Shown here piece by piece: positions 19,289-29,362 of a DNA stretch of 62,988 bases. The notes beneath the pieces are model-generated. The model searched no databases, had not been told where the DNA came from, and saw nothing but the letters and a program-made list of their open reading frames with translations. The stretch comes from Promethearchaeati archaeon (lineage in GTDB: Archaea; Asgardarchaeota; Heimdallarchaeia; Heimdallarchaeales; Heimdallarchaeaceae), in NCBI GenBank assembly GCA_013166775.1, contig JABLTJ010000020.1:1-62988 (forward strand), given 5' to 3'. The stretch's first letter is position 1, and every line of letters begins with the position of its first letter. The translations under genes and the position numbers were made by a program.

Positions 19289-19858
19289 TTACTCCAAACC
19301 TACTTCCACTCTTCTTTTCTCAACAGCTTTCATGAGTTCCTTAGCAAAAGTAGCAAAAGCTTCTTCTACTTTTTCTCCGGTTTTAGCTGAAGTTATAAAG
19401 AAAGAATCTTCCGAGAGATTTAATTCATTAGCTATTGCTTTAATATTTTCGTTTTCCAGTTCTACTTGTTCTTTAAGATCAGCTTTGTTACCAATTAGGA
19501 AATAAATAACGTCTTCTTCCACACCTTCTAGACCCTTTTTCCATGCTTTAACTGAAGAGAGGGTGTTACTTCTAGTTAAATCGAAGACCAAAAAACATCC
19601 TCTAGCTCCACGATAAAATTTTTCTCTTACGGAAGCAAAACGTTCTTGTCCCCCAATATCACTAATTAAGAATAAAACTTCATCTTTACCAACAAAAAGT
19701 TGCTTGCTTAGAATATCTACACCAATTGTCATTAGATAAGATGCTTGGAATCTATTGTGAACAAATCGTGTTATTAATGAGCTTTTGCCCACGCCAGGAT
19801 CGCCAAGTAAAACTATCTTGAAGATATATTTTTTCCCTGGAACCTCTTCTTCTGTCAT
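19289..19858 (-). CDS. Rab-like small GTPase (Ras superfamily)
   Basis: G1 GDPGVGKS, TIGVD, DIGGQERF, FYRGA, LVFDLT, NKAD, SAKTG; no C-terminal Cys. Confidence 0.95.
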   Translation of the reverse strand: MTEEEVPGKKYIFKIVLLGDPGVGKSSLITRFVHNRFQASYLMTIGVDILSKQLFVGKDEVLFLISDIGGQERFASVREKFYRGARGCFLVFDLTRSNTLSSVKAWKKGLEGVEEDVIYFLIGNKADLKEQVELENENIKAIANELNLSEDSFFITSAKTGEKVEEAFATFAKELMKAVEKRRVEVGLE

Positions 19859-19928
19859 ATTTTTCCCCTTTTTGTTTCATACTTTGATTATTTTTTATTA
19901 ACTTTGTGTTTAATTTTGAGTTTTTTTA

Positions 19929-20342
19929 CTATTTTTTGAAAATTTCAATTAATTTTCTAGCTTCGTCTTCTTCTAACTCCGATTTTGGTACAACATCCAT
20001 CAAACCATCCTTTGGATACCTTGGTATTAAATGAAAATGAATATGATTAATTACTTGTCCGGCATCTTTTCCATTACTTTGTAGAATATTCATACCTGTG
20101 GCATTGACAGCATTTTTTAATTTTTCAGCAATTTTTGGAAGTTTCTTAAGAAAAATCATTTTCTCCTCTGATATGTCATATATTGAAGCAAAATGCTCTT
20201 TTGGGATGTAGAGGCTGTGACCTTTAGAAGTTGGATAAAGGTCTAAGAATACTTGTATTTCCTCATCTTCATATAAAGTAAAGCTAGGAATCTCTCCTTT
20301 CACTATCTTACAAAAAACACAATCATCACTCATTTTTATCAA
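19929..20342 (-). CDS. HIT family hydrolase (Hint-like)
   Basis: CVFCKI, AGQVINHIHFHLIPR. Confidence 0.93.
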   Translation of the reverse strand: MIKMSDDCVFCKIVKGEIPSFTLYEDEEIQVFLDLYPTSKGHSLYIPKEHFASIYDISEEKMIFLKKLPKIAEKLKNAVNATGMNILQSNGKDAGQVINHIHFHLIPRYPKDGLMDVVPKSELEEDEARKLIEIFKK

Positions 20343-20402
20343 TTACACCATTTCTCTTTGGTATACTTTGATACTTTTTCAGTTTTTGCATTTTTTAGCA
20401 AA

Positions 20403-21473
20403 TCAGCAATTAACCTCATTTATCGTGAGACCAACATCTTGTTTTACTATGTAAGCTTCTCCTCCATTCTTTAGAATAGATTTTGCAACATTTTTTTCTT
20501 TTCCTGGAGCATAAGCTAAAAATGATCCCCCATTTCCAGTTCCCAATAACTTACAAGCTTTTGCGCCTGCTTTCTTAGCTCTTTCAATTAAAAACTGCAT
20601 TTTTTCACTAACATTTTCGAAGTAATTTTTTTGAAAATCATGATGCATATTTATGAGTTGAACAATATTTTGATCTAATTCTTCATTAGATTTGACCAAT
20701 TTATACCCTTTTCTTACAATATCTCGAATTCCTAGAACACCCAAAATTCTCTTTAAATCGGGATTCTTTTGTTCTTCATAAATACCGAAAGCTTCATCCA
20801 ATGGAAAATCCAAAAGACTAAAATCATTTGTTAATTCGCTTAATATTTCAATACCACTTTTTATTTCACTTTTTCTAAGTGTTAGTAGCTCTATTGTCTT
20901 CTTCCTCTTTAGAGTATCACCAATAACAAGACCGTCTAGTTTTAAATCTAATTTTTCATAAAAATAAGGTTCCCTACATTCCAGATAAATAACATTACCT
21001 AGTACACTCGCAAAATGGTCCATCATTCCACCAGGCTCCCCTAGATTTACTACTTCTGCTAAATAAGCTTTCCAAGCAATTTCCTTTGCTGTTGAATTCA
21101 GGTTTGCGGCTTTATCAAAAAATGCAACAAATACTGAAGAAAATGCAGATGAAGAGGAAAGACCTTTTCCTATTAATAAATCGGATTTAACAGTTATATC
21201 AGCACCAAAATTCGAAGGTAGATACTCATGATATAAATTAAACGCCGATTTTACATAATCTCTTTTTGAGAGTATATCTTGTCTTTCACTCTTGAATTTC
21301 ATAATTTGGTTGAAATCATCCAGCTTAACTCTGATTTCTCCGGTGTTTGTTACTTTTCCTTTAAGTTCGATTCTTTTATCAATGGCAATAGTAATTACTT
21401 CCAAACTCATGTAATCTACGTCCTCTCCGAAAAGACATATTCTACCTGGGGTTGAAATGAAAATTTCTTTCAT
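20403..21473 (-). CDS. GHMP-family sugar kinase (galactokinase-like)
   Basis: PGRICLFGE, GKGLSSSSA, GMMDHF, KLLGTGNGGS. Confidence 0.85.
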   Translation of the reverse strand: MKEIFISTPGRICLFGEDVDYMSLEVITIAIDKRIELKGKVTNTGEIRVKLDDFNQIMKFKSERQDILSKRDYVKSAFNLYHEYLPSNFGADITVKSDLLIGKGLSSSSAFSSVFVAFFDKAANLNSTAKEIAWKAYLAEVVNLGEPGGMMDHFASVLGNVIYLECREPYFYEKLDLKLDGLVIGDTLKRKKTIELLTLRKSEIKSGIEILSELTNDFSLLDFPLDEAFGIYEEQKNPDLKRILGVLGIRDIVRKGYKLVKSNEELDQNIVQLINMHHDFQKNYFENVSEKMQFLIERAKKAGAKACKLLGTGNGGSFLAYAPGKEKNVAKSILKNGGEAYIVKQDVGLTINEVNC

Positions 21474-21474
21474 A

Positions 21475-22815
21475 TCAGTCAGTCCACTTTTCCTGATATT
21501 TCTTAACTTCTTCTGTTATTCTTTTCATATCAATAGTTGTTAGAACATTTTCTTGATACAAAATCTTGCCATCAACAATAACTGTGCAAACATCTTTTCC
21601 AGATGCAGAATAAACCAAATGAGATACAGGGTCATATAATGGGATAGCATTTATGTCAGATATATCTACTTGAATTAAATCTGCCTTCTTCCCTTCCTCT
21701 ATCGACCCAATTTCATGATCCCAATTAATTGCTCGGGCACCATCGATTGTAGCCATTCTTAGAATTTGCTGCGCAGGTAAGACCTTTTCGTTCAGATGTT
21801 TTACTTTTTGTAGGAATGTAGCTAAACGAATTTCATTGAACATATCGAGATTATTATTACAAGGAGCTCCATCTGTTGCCAGACCAACAATTACACCCAT
21901 TTCAAGATATTTTTGAACATCGCAAATACCAGAAGCAAGTTTACAATTACTGGAGGGGTTGTGTGAGATTCTTGTATCTGTTTCTTTAATAATTCGATAC
22001 TCCTCTTCATCTAACCAAATGCCATGAGCAATAATTGTTTCACTTCCTAGTGCTCCAATATCTCTTAATGCCCGAATATATGATTCACCAAAAATTTTCT
22101 CGACTTTTTTACATTCCGCTTTTGATTCTGAAGCATGTGTATGAATCATAAGATCGGAATATTGTTGCTGAGTAGTAACTATCAAATTCATGAGTTTAGG
22201 AGAACACGATAAAAGAAAACGAGCGTTTAAGGAGGATTTGATTCTATTGTTTTTGCTTCCATGATAGGTTTCTATGTGTTTTATAGCTTTTTCAATCACT
22301 TCATCTGCTGGTTCGACTTCAGCATCAGGAAAATCTTGATTGATGTCCATCAACATTTTTCCTGTTCTTGTTCTGATACCACTATCTATAGCAGCTTCGA
22401 TTCCTTTTTCACTGTCATGGGTGGTAAGCATATCGTTAGTTGTGGTTGTACCTGTTCTTATCATTTCTGCAAAACCAAGAAGCGAGGAAAGATATACATC
22501 TTGCTTAGAAAAATTCAGTTCTCCAGGTAAAATAACTTTGCTTAACCAATCTAATAGTGACAAATCATCAGCTTTTCCTCTTAGAAGAGTTTGAACACTA
22601 TGAGAATGAGTATTAATCAAACCTGGTAAAAGAATTTTATTTGTCCCATCAATTACTTTAGAAGATGAATAATCTTTATGAATCTGTGTTTTCGTTCCTA
22701 GTGAGTGTATTCTTCCAGCTACAACATAAATTGCTGCTTCCTTAATGATTTGATTCTTAGAATTGCATGTAACTAAGTAATCTGCTTCAATTATTGCTTC
22801 TTTCAACCTTATCAA
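21475..22815 (-). CDS. mtaD: Amidohydrolase, 5'-deoxyadenosine/MTA/SAH deaminase-like
   Basis: PGLINTHSH, HTHASE, AHGIW, HNPSSNCKLASG, ATDGAPCNN. Confidence 0.8.
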   Translation of the reverse strand: MIRLKEAIIEADYLVTCNSKNQIIKEAAIYVVAGRIHSLGTKTQIHKDYSSSKVIDGTNKILLPGLINTHSHSVQTLLRGKADDLSLLDWLSKVILPGELNFSKQDVYLSSLLGFAEMIRTGTTTTNDMLTTHDSEKGIEAAIDSGIRTRTGKMLMDINQDFPDAEVEPADEVIEKAIKHIETYHGSKNNRIKSSLNARFLLSCSPKLMNLIVTTQQQYSDLMIHTHASESKAECKKVEKIFGESYIRALRDIGALGSETIIAHGIWLDEEEYRIIKETDTRISHNPSSNCKLASGICDVQKYLEMGVIVGLATDGAPCNNNLDMFNEIRLATFLQKVKHLNEKVLPAQQILRMATIDGARAINWDHEIGSIEEGKKADLIQVDISDINAIPLYDPVSHLVYSASGKDVCTVIVDGKILYQENVLTTIDMKRITEEVKKYQEKWTD

Positions 22816-22879
22816 AGGATTAATTGGGAATATATTAATAAATTCTATTTTTCAGTTATTTTAGTAAGAGGTAGTTGGG

Positions 22880-23536
22880 TTGTCAGAAAACTTAACTGAA
22901 TTAACCGACAAAATTATTAGCTGTGAAGCATGCCATTTGAAGGAAGGAAGAACTCAGGTTGTCCCTGGCATTTATGGACCAAAGAGCAGTTTGTGCTTCA
23001 TAGGAGAAGCACCAGGGTACTATGAGGATAAAGAAGGAGTGCCCTTTGTAGGTAGATCAGGTAAATTACTAGACAAGATGCTTGAAGGGATAAATCTAGT
23101 TAAGCAAAGAGATTTAAGTATCTTGAACATCATCAAATGTCGTCCCACAACTGAAGAAGGTAATAATAGAACACCTAATGAAAAAGAACTTCGTTTCTGT
23201 GGAGAAAGATGGTTGCACAAACAGCTTAATTTTCTTTCGCCAAAGATGATTGTAACATTGGGAGGAGTTGCTTTAAAGTTCTTTTCTCCAAATACTTCTG
23301 TAACAAAAACAGCAGGGAAAATGATCAATACTGATAGTAATTATCAGATTTTTGTTATGTATCATCCAGCCTATATTCTAAGAAACTATAATCTAATGGA
23401 AGAATATAACAGCCAATTTGAAAGCATAAAACAGGTTCTTAACAGTAAATTAGTTGAGCTCAGTTTAAGTGAGAAGGAACAACAAAAAACACCCAAGCAA
23501 AAAGGAGAACAAAAATCTTTAACTGATTTTCTTTGA
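22880..23536 (+). CDS. udg: Uracil-DNA glycosylase family 4 with C-terminal PIP-box
   Basis: CxxC, FIGEAPG..ED..G.PFVGRSG, KCRP..NRTP, YHPA; ends QKSLTDFL. Confidence 0.93.
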   Translation: MSENLTELTDKIISCEACHLKEGRTQVVPGIYGPKSSLCFIGEAPGYYEDKEGVPFVGRSGKLLDKMLEGINLVKQRDLSILNIIKCRPTTEEGNNRTPNEKELRFCGERWLHKQLNFLSPKMIVTLGGVALKFFSPNTSVTKTAGKMINTDSNYQIFVMYHPAYILRNYNLMEEYNSQFESIKQVLNSKLVELSLSEKEQQKTPKQKGEQKSLTDFL

Positions 23537-23600
23537 TTTTGTCTTATAAAATTTCTATTAGTTTAGGAAAATAGTTATATTACACTATGAGAGCCTAAAA

Positions 23601-24995
23601 TTGATGGAAAAGACTAAGCTTTTTGGAACAGCTGGTATTAGAGGTCCATATGGCAAGAAAGTTACTGCTGAGCTTGTTTTTGATGTGTGTCAAGCTGTTG
23701 GAGCAATATATTCCTCTAAAGGAATTCTTGTTGGTCATGATGCACGAACTTCTTCTGAAGCACTGAGTCAATGTGCATGTGCTGCCCTATCTTTGGGAGG
23801 ATCTCCTGTTTTTAATGTTGGTTTATGTAGTTTTCCAGTTATTGCAAATCTAACTTTGAACAAAAAACATTCTGTTGCAATATATATTACAGCATCTCAT
23901 AATCCTCCTTCAGATAACGGTATCAAAGTATTCAGGAATGGGAGAGAATTTACAGAAAAAGAACAAGAAGAAGTGGAGCTAAAAATAGTTCAAGATCATG
24001 AAAGAAATGTTCCTATTAATCATGTTGCGTGGGATAAAATAATTCCTCAAGAAGAAATTAATGAAACAAATTTACTCTACAAAAAAAGGATTCTCTCTGA
24101 ATTGAAATTTCAAGGAGACGGAAGGAAAATCATTCTAGATTGTGCTAACGGTCCAATGTCAAATCTTGCTCCCGAATTATTAACAGATTTTGGATTACAT
24201 GTTATAACAATAAATTCTCATATAGATGGACATTTCCCAGGGAGATTAGCAGAACCTAGTCCAAGCAATCTGAGTCTACTTATTGAGCTCTGTAAAAAAG
24301 AAGGATGCATAGGTGCAGCTTTTGATGGAGATGGAGATAGAATAGCTATTGTTGACGAAAATGGTGAATTTGTTGAGTTATCTAGAGTAAATGCTCTTCT
24401 AGCTAAGCTTATGATAGAAGACTATGGTACTGGAAAGATAATTGTAAGTATAGATTCTTCAACAACTATTGATAGAACTACAGAAGTCTTGGGTGGGGAA
24501 GTAATTAGAACGAAATTAGGAGAACTTCATAGCAAAGCTGAAGAGTTGCTTGCTAATGGGGAGAAAATTATTTTTGCTGCGGAACCTTGGAAACCTATCT
24601 TTCCACATTGGGGTTTGTGGATTGATGGATTATATGGTTTATGCAAATTTTTGAAAGTGATTATAACACGTCAAACAACCGTATTTGAAGTAATGAGAGA
24701 GATACCCGATCATATTGCTGAAAGAAAAGCATATGTCATTGAAGAGGGAAAAGCTGAAAGAGTTTTTACTAGATGTAAGGAATCACTTAAAGAGTCCTTA
24801 GGAGGAGAAGAGGGTAAAATGCTTACAATAGATGGTCTTAGATATGATTTAGTTGATGGTACATGGATTCTCATTAGAAAATCTGGTACTGAACCCAAAA
24901 TTAGAATCTATTATGAATCACCATTACTCGAGAGATTCAAATGGATTGATGGAATTGTTAAAGAACTAGAAAAAATAATTCATGCAAAAGAGTGA
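23601..24995 (+). CDS. Phosphohexomutase (GlmM/PMM-PGM family)
   Basis: FGTAGIRG, TASHNP, DGDGDR, RKSGTEPKIRIY. Confidence 0.93.
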   Translation: MMEKTKLFGTAGIRGPYGKKVTAELVFDVCQAVGAIYSSKGILVGHDARTSSEALSQCACAALSLGGSPVFNVGLCSFPVIANLTLNKKHSVAIYITASHNPPSDNGIKVFRNGREFTEKEQEEVELKIVQDHERNVPINHVAWDKIIPQEEINETNLLYKKRILSELKFQGDGRKIILDCANGPMSNLAPELLTDFGLHVITINSHIDGHFPGRLAEPSPSNLSLLIELCKKEGCIGAAFDGDGDRIAIVDENGEFVELSRVNALLAKLMIEDYGTGKIIVSIDSSTTIDRTTEVLGGEVIRTKLGELHSKAEELLANGEKIIFAAEPWKPIFPHWGLWIDGLYGLCKFLKVIITRQTTVFEVMREIPDHIAERKAYVIEEGKAERVFTRCKESLKESLGGEEGKMLTIDGLRYDLVDGTWILIRKSGTEPKIRIYYESPLLERFKWIDGIVKELEKIIHAKE

Positions 24996-25377
24996 TTATA
25001 TGGTATCAGATACTATGCAGAAGGAATTAATAATAACATATGAAAGATTACGTTTAGCTTTTGTTGTTTTACTATTTTGGGTTGTTATCGTAACTTTAGA
25101 TATTGCAGGAGCCATGAGATTAGAAGCTGTAGGATTGAATTTTCTTGTATATGCTATTTTAGCAACAACTTCTGTTGTCCTCTTGTTAGTAGGTTTAGTA
25201 GTACAAAGTGAACCTCTACTTAAAGTGATGATCAAAAATAGAAAAGACACCAGCAAAATATGGGAGAGTAGTGAAGAGTTGAAACCAAGTATTGATCTTA
25301 GAAAAAAAATCAGTGAGATTGTTCAAATCATTGCAATTCTATTAATGTTCATTTCATTGCTCTTCGTTGTTGTTTAG
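24982..25377 (+). CDS. Small membrane protein, 3 TM
   Basis: Hydrophobic segments; coupled to the upstream gene. Confidence 0.65.
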   Translation: MQKSDYMVSDTMQKELIITYERLRLAFVVLLFWVVIVTLDIAGAMRLEAVGLNFLVYAILATTSVVLLLVGLVVQSEPLLKVMIKNRKDTSKIWESSEELKPSIDLRKKISEIVQIIAILLMFISLLFVVV

Positions 25378-25625
25378 TTTTGAGATATCTATCCTATTAA
25401 ATTGCTGTTTAAAGTTAGGCAAAACTACTTTTTTCTCTTTAAAGAGTCAATCAGTTAATTAATAAACCACCTTCTTACATGTTCTAGTTAATATTCCAGT
25501 CGAAAAAAGGGGGTTTTGAAAGAACCAGAGGTAATTGAAAGTATTCAGTATCTTATTAGAAGGAATAGATTTAGAATTAGGTTAAGGAAATATCTTTATT
25601 TAGTCAGTCAATTTGATATACTTGA

Positions 25626-26387
25626 ATGGTTAAAAATAATCCCTCAGATTTTGCTATATTTTTTGATGATGGAGGAGTCATGAACGATAATAAACTTCGA
25701 GGCATTCAATGGATGAAAATGATCGGTGAATACTTTTCACCTAAATATGGCGGAGAACCTCATCAATGGGCTGAAGGGAATTTTGATTTCATCAATGAAA
25801 TTGATGCCGAATACAATGTTAACCTGGAGGAAGGAAATCTAGAGGATTATCAGGAATACTTTTCTGATTTCATTTTAAGATGGATTACTTCAATGTTTGA
25901 TTACGTGGGAATTGAATGTCCTTCAACAGAAAAACACAAAGAGATCTATTTTGAGGTTGTAGATATTATCACCCCCAACGTAAAATCTGCATTTCCAGGA
26001 GTGATAGATTGTATAAAAATTATTCATAATATAGGATTAAAATTGTATACATCATCTGCTGAGCATTCAAAAGAGCTCAAAGGTTATCTCAGGGGGATGA
26101 GAGTAATTAATTGTTTTGAAGGCTTCTATGGACCAGATTTAGTTAACACTCATAAAACCGATGAATCTTTTTATGAAGCTATCTTCAACGATATAGGTCT
26201 TGATTCAAAAAGAGCTATAGTTATTGATGATAAGCCTAGGTTTCTTGAGAGGGCTCAAAAAGTTGGAGCAAATGTAATTCAGGCTTGCTTAACAGAAGAA
26301 ATAGAAGCTTCTTTTCAATACTATGTAAACCACATGAGTGAATTACCAGAAGTTGTTGAACAAGTAATAAAAAAAGCAAAAAAGTGA
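25626..26387 (+). CDS. HAD-superfamily hydrolase
   Basis: IFFDDGGVM, FPGV, YTSS, K, VIDDK motifs. Confidence 0.85.
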   Translation: MVKNNPSDFAIFFDDGGVMNDNKLRGIQWMKMIGEYFSPKYGGEPHQWAEGNFDFINEIDAEYNVNLEEGNLEDYQEYFSDFILRWITSMFDYVGIECPSTEKHKEIYFEVVDIITPNVKSAFPGVIDCIKIIHNIGLKLYTSSAEHSKELKGYLRGMRVINCFEGFYGPDLVNTHKTDESFYEAIFNDIGLDSKRAIVIDDKPRFLERAQKVGANVIQACLTEEIEASFQYYVNHMSELPEVVEQVIKKAKK

Positions 26388-26400
26388 AATGAGGGATATA

Positions 26401-27855
26401 CTACTTATCGTATATTCCTTTATAAGGCGCTCTTTCTCCACTCATATACCTTTGATGAGGATCTCTAATAAATACTGTAAAAATAATACCTATAGAGAAA
26501 AGTATTAACAGGCTTGCAAGAGCGATTCTCATTGGAGTAGGAGTAGGTAAGTGATCAGTTAGAAAAATCACACCTCCAAACATGAGCGGAGATACAATGG
26601 CACTTACCCTTCCAGCAATCTTTTGGAAGCCACCATATTGTGCTAGTTTTGATGGCGGTGCAAGAATCATAATAAATTGCCTTCCAACAATCCATATCCC
26701 CCCAAATCCTATCCCAATGAAAATTGCTCCAAACCAAATTACCCAAGAAGGAATTGGTCCCAATCCACTTACAACAAAAATGGCTATTGCAATAAACCAA
26801 GATATTGCTACACCTAAGAATAAGTTCTTTGGTCCTAATCTATTCATAAGTCGTCCAACAATTATACCGAAAATTATTGAGAAAACTATTCCCCCAAGAA
26901 TTATATAATCAGTCATTCCTGCAAGTGCTTCTCCACCCATTGTTGAAACAACTGGAACCATATAAAGAATAGTCGTATTCGCCGCATCCGTTATGAAAAA
27001 CCAAGCTAAAAAGAACAACCATGAATTCCTATCGGAGAGAATTGCTTTGAAGGAAATTTTGAAATCAGTAACCGCTGATTTCACATAATCTTTAGCTGTT
27101 AAATCTTCATCAGGAGGATTTTCTACTTCCCTATGGAAGAGATATGGAATACTGATCAAGATTATGACTATTGCTGATATCAAGAATAACCATCTTAATC
27201 CACCATAGTTCAAATTGTTACGATCAAGAACTACACTACCTAATTCCCACATTTCATGATTCTGTTCATTTAAATCGTGTGGACCAAATACACCATCCAG
27301 ACCGATTATAATACTGATTACTATGGCAATTACTGAGCCAAACGCTGCAAGCGCACCGCCTATAGCTTGCATAAAACCTCTTTTTTCTGTTTCAGCTATA
27401 AAAGGAATTTGCGCATCATAAAACATTCTACCTGCCTGATAACAAAAATTCGCAATCACAAATAGAATACAAGCCCACCAAAAGTTATTCCAAACAGTGA
27501 TTAATGCTGTTACTGTCACCATGATTCCTGCGGAAATAAGCACAGCTGGTTTTCTTTTCCCGGCTTTATCCGATATAGCACCCAATATTGGACCGAATAT
27601 AGCAATTAAAAGGTTTGAACCTGCCATGAATGCTGACATAACAATAAATACTTTGGATAGCGACCAACCCAATTGATATCCAGCTAACAAAGCAAATGGA
27701 GTGAATGCTAGACTGATTACAGCTTGTGAAAAGAAAGTATCAGCCATATCATAGCTATACCACAACCAAGCATTTTTCCTGTTTGTTTCTTTTGATTCTA
27801 ATCCTAGTTCTTTACTATCTTTGTCTAAAACCAAGTCATTTGACAATTTTTTCAC
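26401..27855 (-). CDS. MFS transporter, UMF1/Atg22 family
   Basis: W..YDMAD, PILGAISDKAGKRK, FYDAQIP; 12 TM. Confidence 0.85.
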   Translation of the reverse strand: MKKLSNDLVLDKDSKELGLESKETNRKNAWLWYSYDMADTFFSQAVISLAFTPFALLAGYQLGWSLSKVFIVMSAFMAGSNLLIAIFGPILGAISDKAGKRKPAVLISAGIMVTVTALITVWNNFWWACILFVIANFCYQAGRMFYDAQIPFIAETEKRGFMQAIGGALAAFGSVIAIVISIIIGLDGVFGPHDLNEQNHEMWELGSVVLDRNNLNYGGLRWLFLISAIVIILISIPYLFHREVENPPDEDLTAKDYVKSAVTDFKISFKAILSDRNSWLFFLAWFFITDAANTTILYMVPVVSTMGGEALAGMTDYIILGGIVFSIIFGIIVGRLMNRLGPKNLFLGVAISWFIAIAIFVVSGLGPIPSWVIWFGAIFIGIGFGGIWIVGRQFIMILAPPSKLAQYGGFQKIAGRVSAIVSPLMFGGVIFLTDHLPTPTPMRIALASLLILFSIGIIFTVFIRDPHQRYMSGERAPYKGIYDK

Positions 27856-28157
27856 CTTAAATAATCCTCTTAATAGGAGAATTTTGTCTTTAACTATACT
27901 GGTTTATTTTAAAGATTCACTAGAATATGATGAAAAATATATTATTTCATATTTTTACTCTTTTACACAATAGTAAGAGCTAGCTGAAACAGTTTCTGGA
28001 TTATAATTTGAGAATAATACCACCTTATTAGAAGAGTAATTACTTTAGAAAATAACCTTGTTGTTTAGGTCACTTTCTTGTGAAGGAACCTTGATGCAAT
28101 GTTGATACAACAGTATATATTTAAGAGGAGAAAAAGAATTGGTGTAAGGAGATTATT

Positions 28158-28631
28158 ATGACAAAAGCTATTGTTGAAACTAATAAAGGAAAATTCATAA
28201 TCGAATTTTTTGATGAACATACACCTAATACTGTTAAGAATTTCGTAAGTCTAGCAAGTTCTGGCTATTATGATGGTGTAACATTCCATAGAGTAATACC
28301 TGATTTTGTGGTTCAAGGTGGAGATCCAACAGGATCAGGGAAAGGAGGACCTGGATATAATTTTGCTGATGAAGTTGATAATCCTGTTCAAGAGCACAAA
28401 CTTGGTCATCTAAGTATGGCGAATGCAGGAGCTAACACAAATGGATCACAGTTCTTCATCGTTCTTAATCCAAATAATTGTAAACACCTAAATGGAAAAC
28501 ACACTGTTTTTGGTAAAATTGTTGATGGTATGGGTGTTGTTAATAACATAGGTCAAGGAGATTCAATGACAAAAGTAACAATTGAAGATGAATCTGATAT
28601 TATTAAAAATCATCAACTTGTAAAACTTTAA
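28158..28631 (+). CDS. ppiB: Cyclophilin-type peptidyl-prolyl isomerase
   Basis: YYDGVTFHRVIPDFVVQGGDPTG, SMANAG.NTNGSQFFI, HTVFG. Confidence 0.95.
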   Translation: MTKAIVETNKGKFIIEFFDEHTPNTVKNFVSLASSGYYDGVTFHRVIPDFVVQGGDPTGSGKGGPGYNFADEVDNPVQEHKLGHLSMANAGANTNGSQFFIVLNPNNCKHLNGKHTVFGKIVDGMGVVNNIGQGDSMTKVTIEDESDIIKNHQLVKL

Positions 28632-28705
28632 AGCTATAGATTTTTCTTCTTATTTTTCTTTCTTTATAGAAAACAAATCAGTTTCAAAATCAATATTAAG
28701 GGAAT

Positions 28706-28725
28706 TAGTGGCTCGAGAGGGTTTC
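28706..28725. repeat. att-like degenerate copy of the tRNA-Met 3' end
   Basis: TAGTGGCTCGAGAGGGTTTC vs TGGTGGCTCGAGCGAGTTTC (30635..30654): 17/20 identical, direct orientation. Confidence 0.6.
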
Positions 28726-28966
28726 TTTTTACGCGTTTAAATACTATTTTGGAAATAATAGAGTAGCAAGAAAAGGTATCATCAATTTCTACTGAAATCA
28801 TTACTAGATTATTTGACTTACATCCGATAGAACCTCAATCAGAGATCGGATATGAGATATTTGGTAAATTTTGTTCCTCTGTTAATAAACTGATAAACGC
28901 TGGGATGATGTATGACGATACTCTGTTTGAAAGAGATAATTTGACATCAGTGAAGAACTTCTATAA

Positions 28967-29305
28967 CATAATCACTCAAAATCAGGATTTGAAGATCTAA
29001 GATGGTCAAAACATTCTCAAAGGAGAGAAACAAATTTTTTCATTTCAACATGGCAAATACATTGGTTCTTTAGTAGAATTATTCAATTATCAACAAGCAT
29101 TGCTAGACGGAATGGAATAAGAACAGAAATTGTAAATCCTTACAAAACCTCTAAAATCTGTTCAACTTGTGGAAAGGAAGGTTCAAGAAAAAGTAAAAAA
29201 TTCAAATGTACACATCACTTATGTAAGTTGCAATTAGATAGCGATCTGAATGCAGCACGCAATATAGGTAATGTAAACAGAAAGTGTTATCCTGTTCAAC
29301 TATAG
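28967..29305 (+). pseudogene. tnpB: TnpB (IS200/IS605 RNA-guided nuclease) C-terminal remnant
   Basis: Manual translation FEDLRWSKH...VNPYKTSKICSTCG...FKCTHHLC...DSDLNAARNI* contains RuvC-II Glu, the Zn ribbon and RuvC-III Asp; in-frame stops upstream, no RuvC-I. Confidence 0.85.
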
Positions 29306-29362
29306 GTTTTACAGGTTGGGTTTCCGTAAAATCCCATATTAAGTTGCTTGCAACTTTGAAAA
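29306..29362 (+). ncRNA. Putative omegaRNA 3' scaffold / IS right end
   Basis: Directly after the tnpB stop: TTTTAC/GTAAAA hairpin whose TGGG loop can pair with downstream CCCA, then an AAGTTGC-TT-GCAACTT hairpin followed by TGAAA. Confidence 0.4.
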
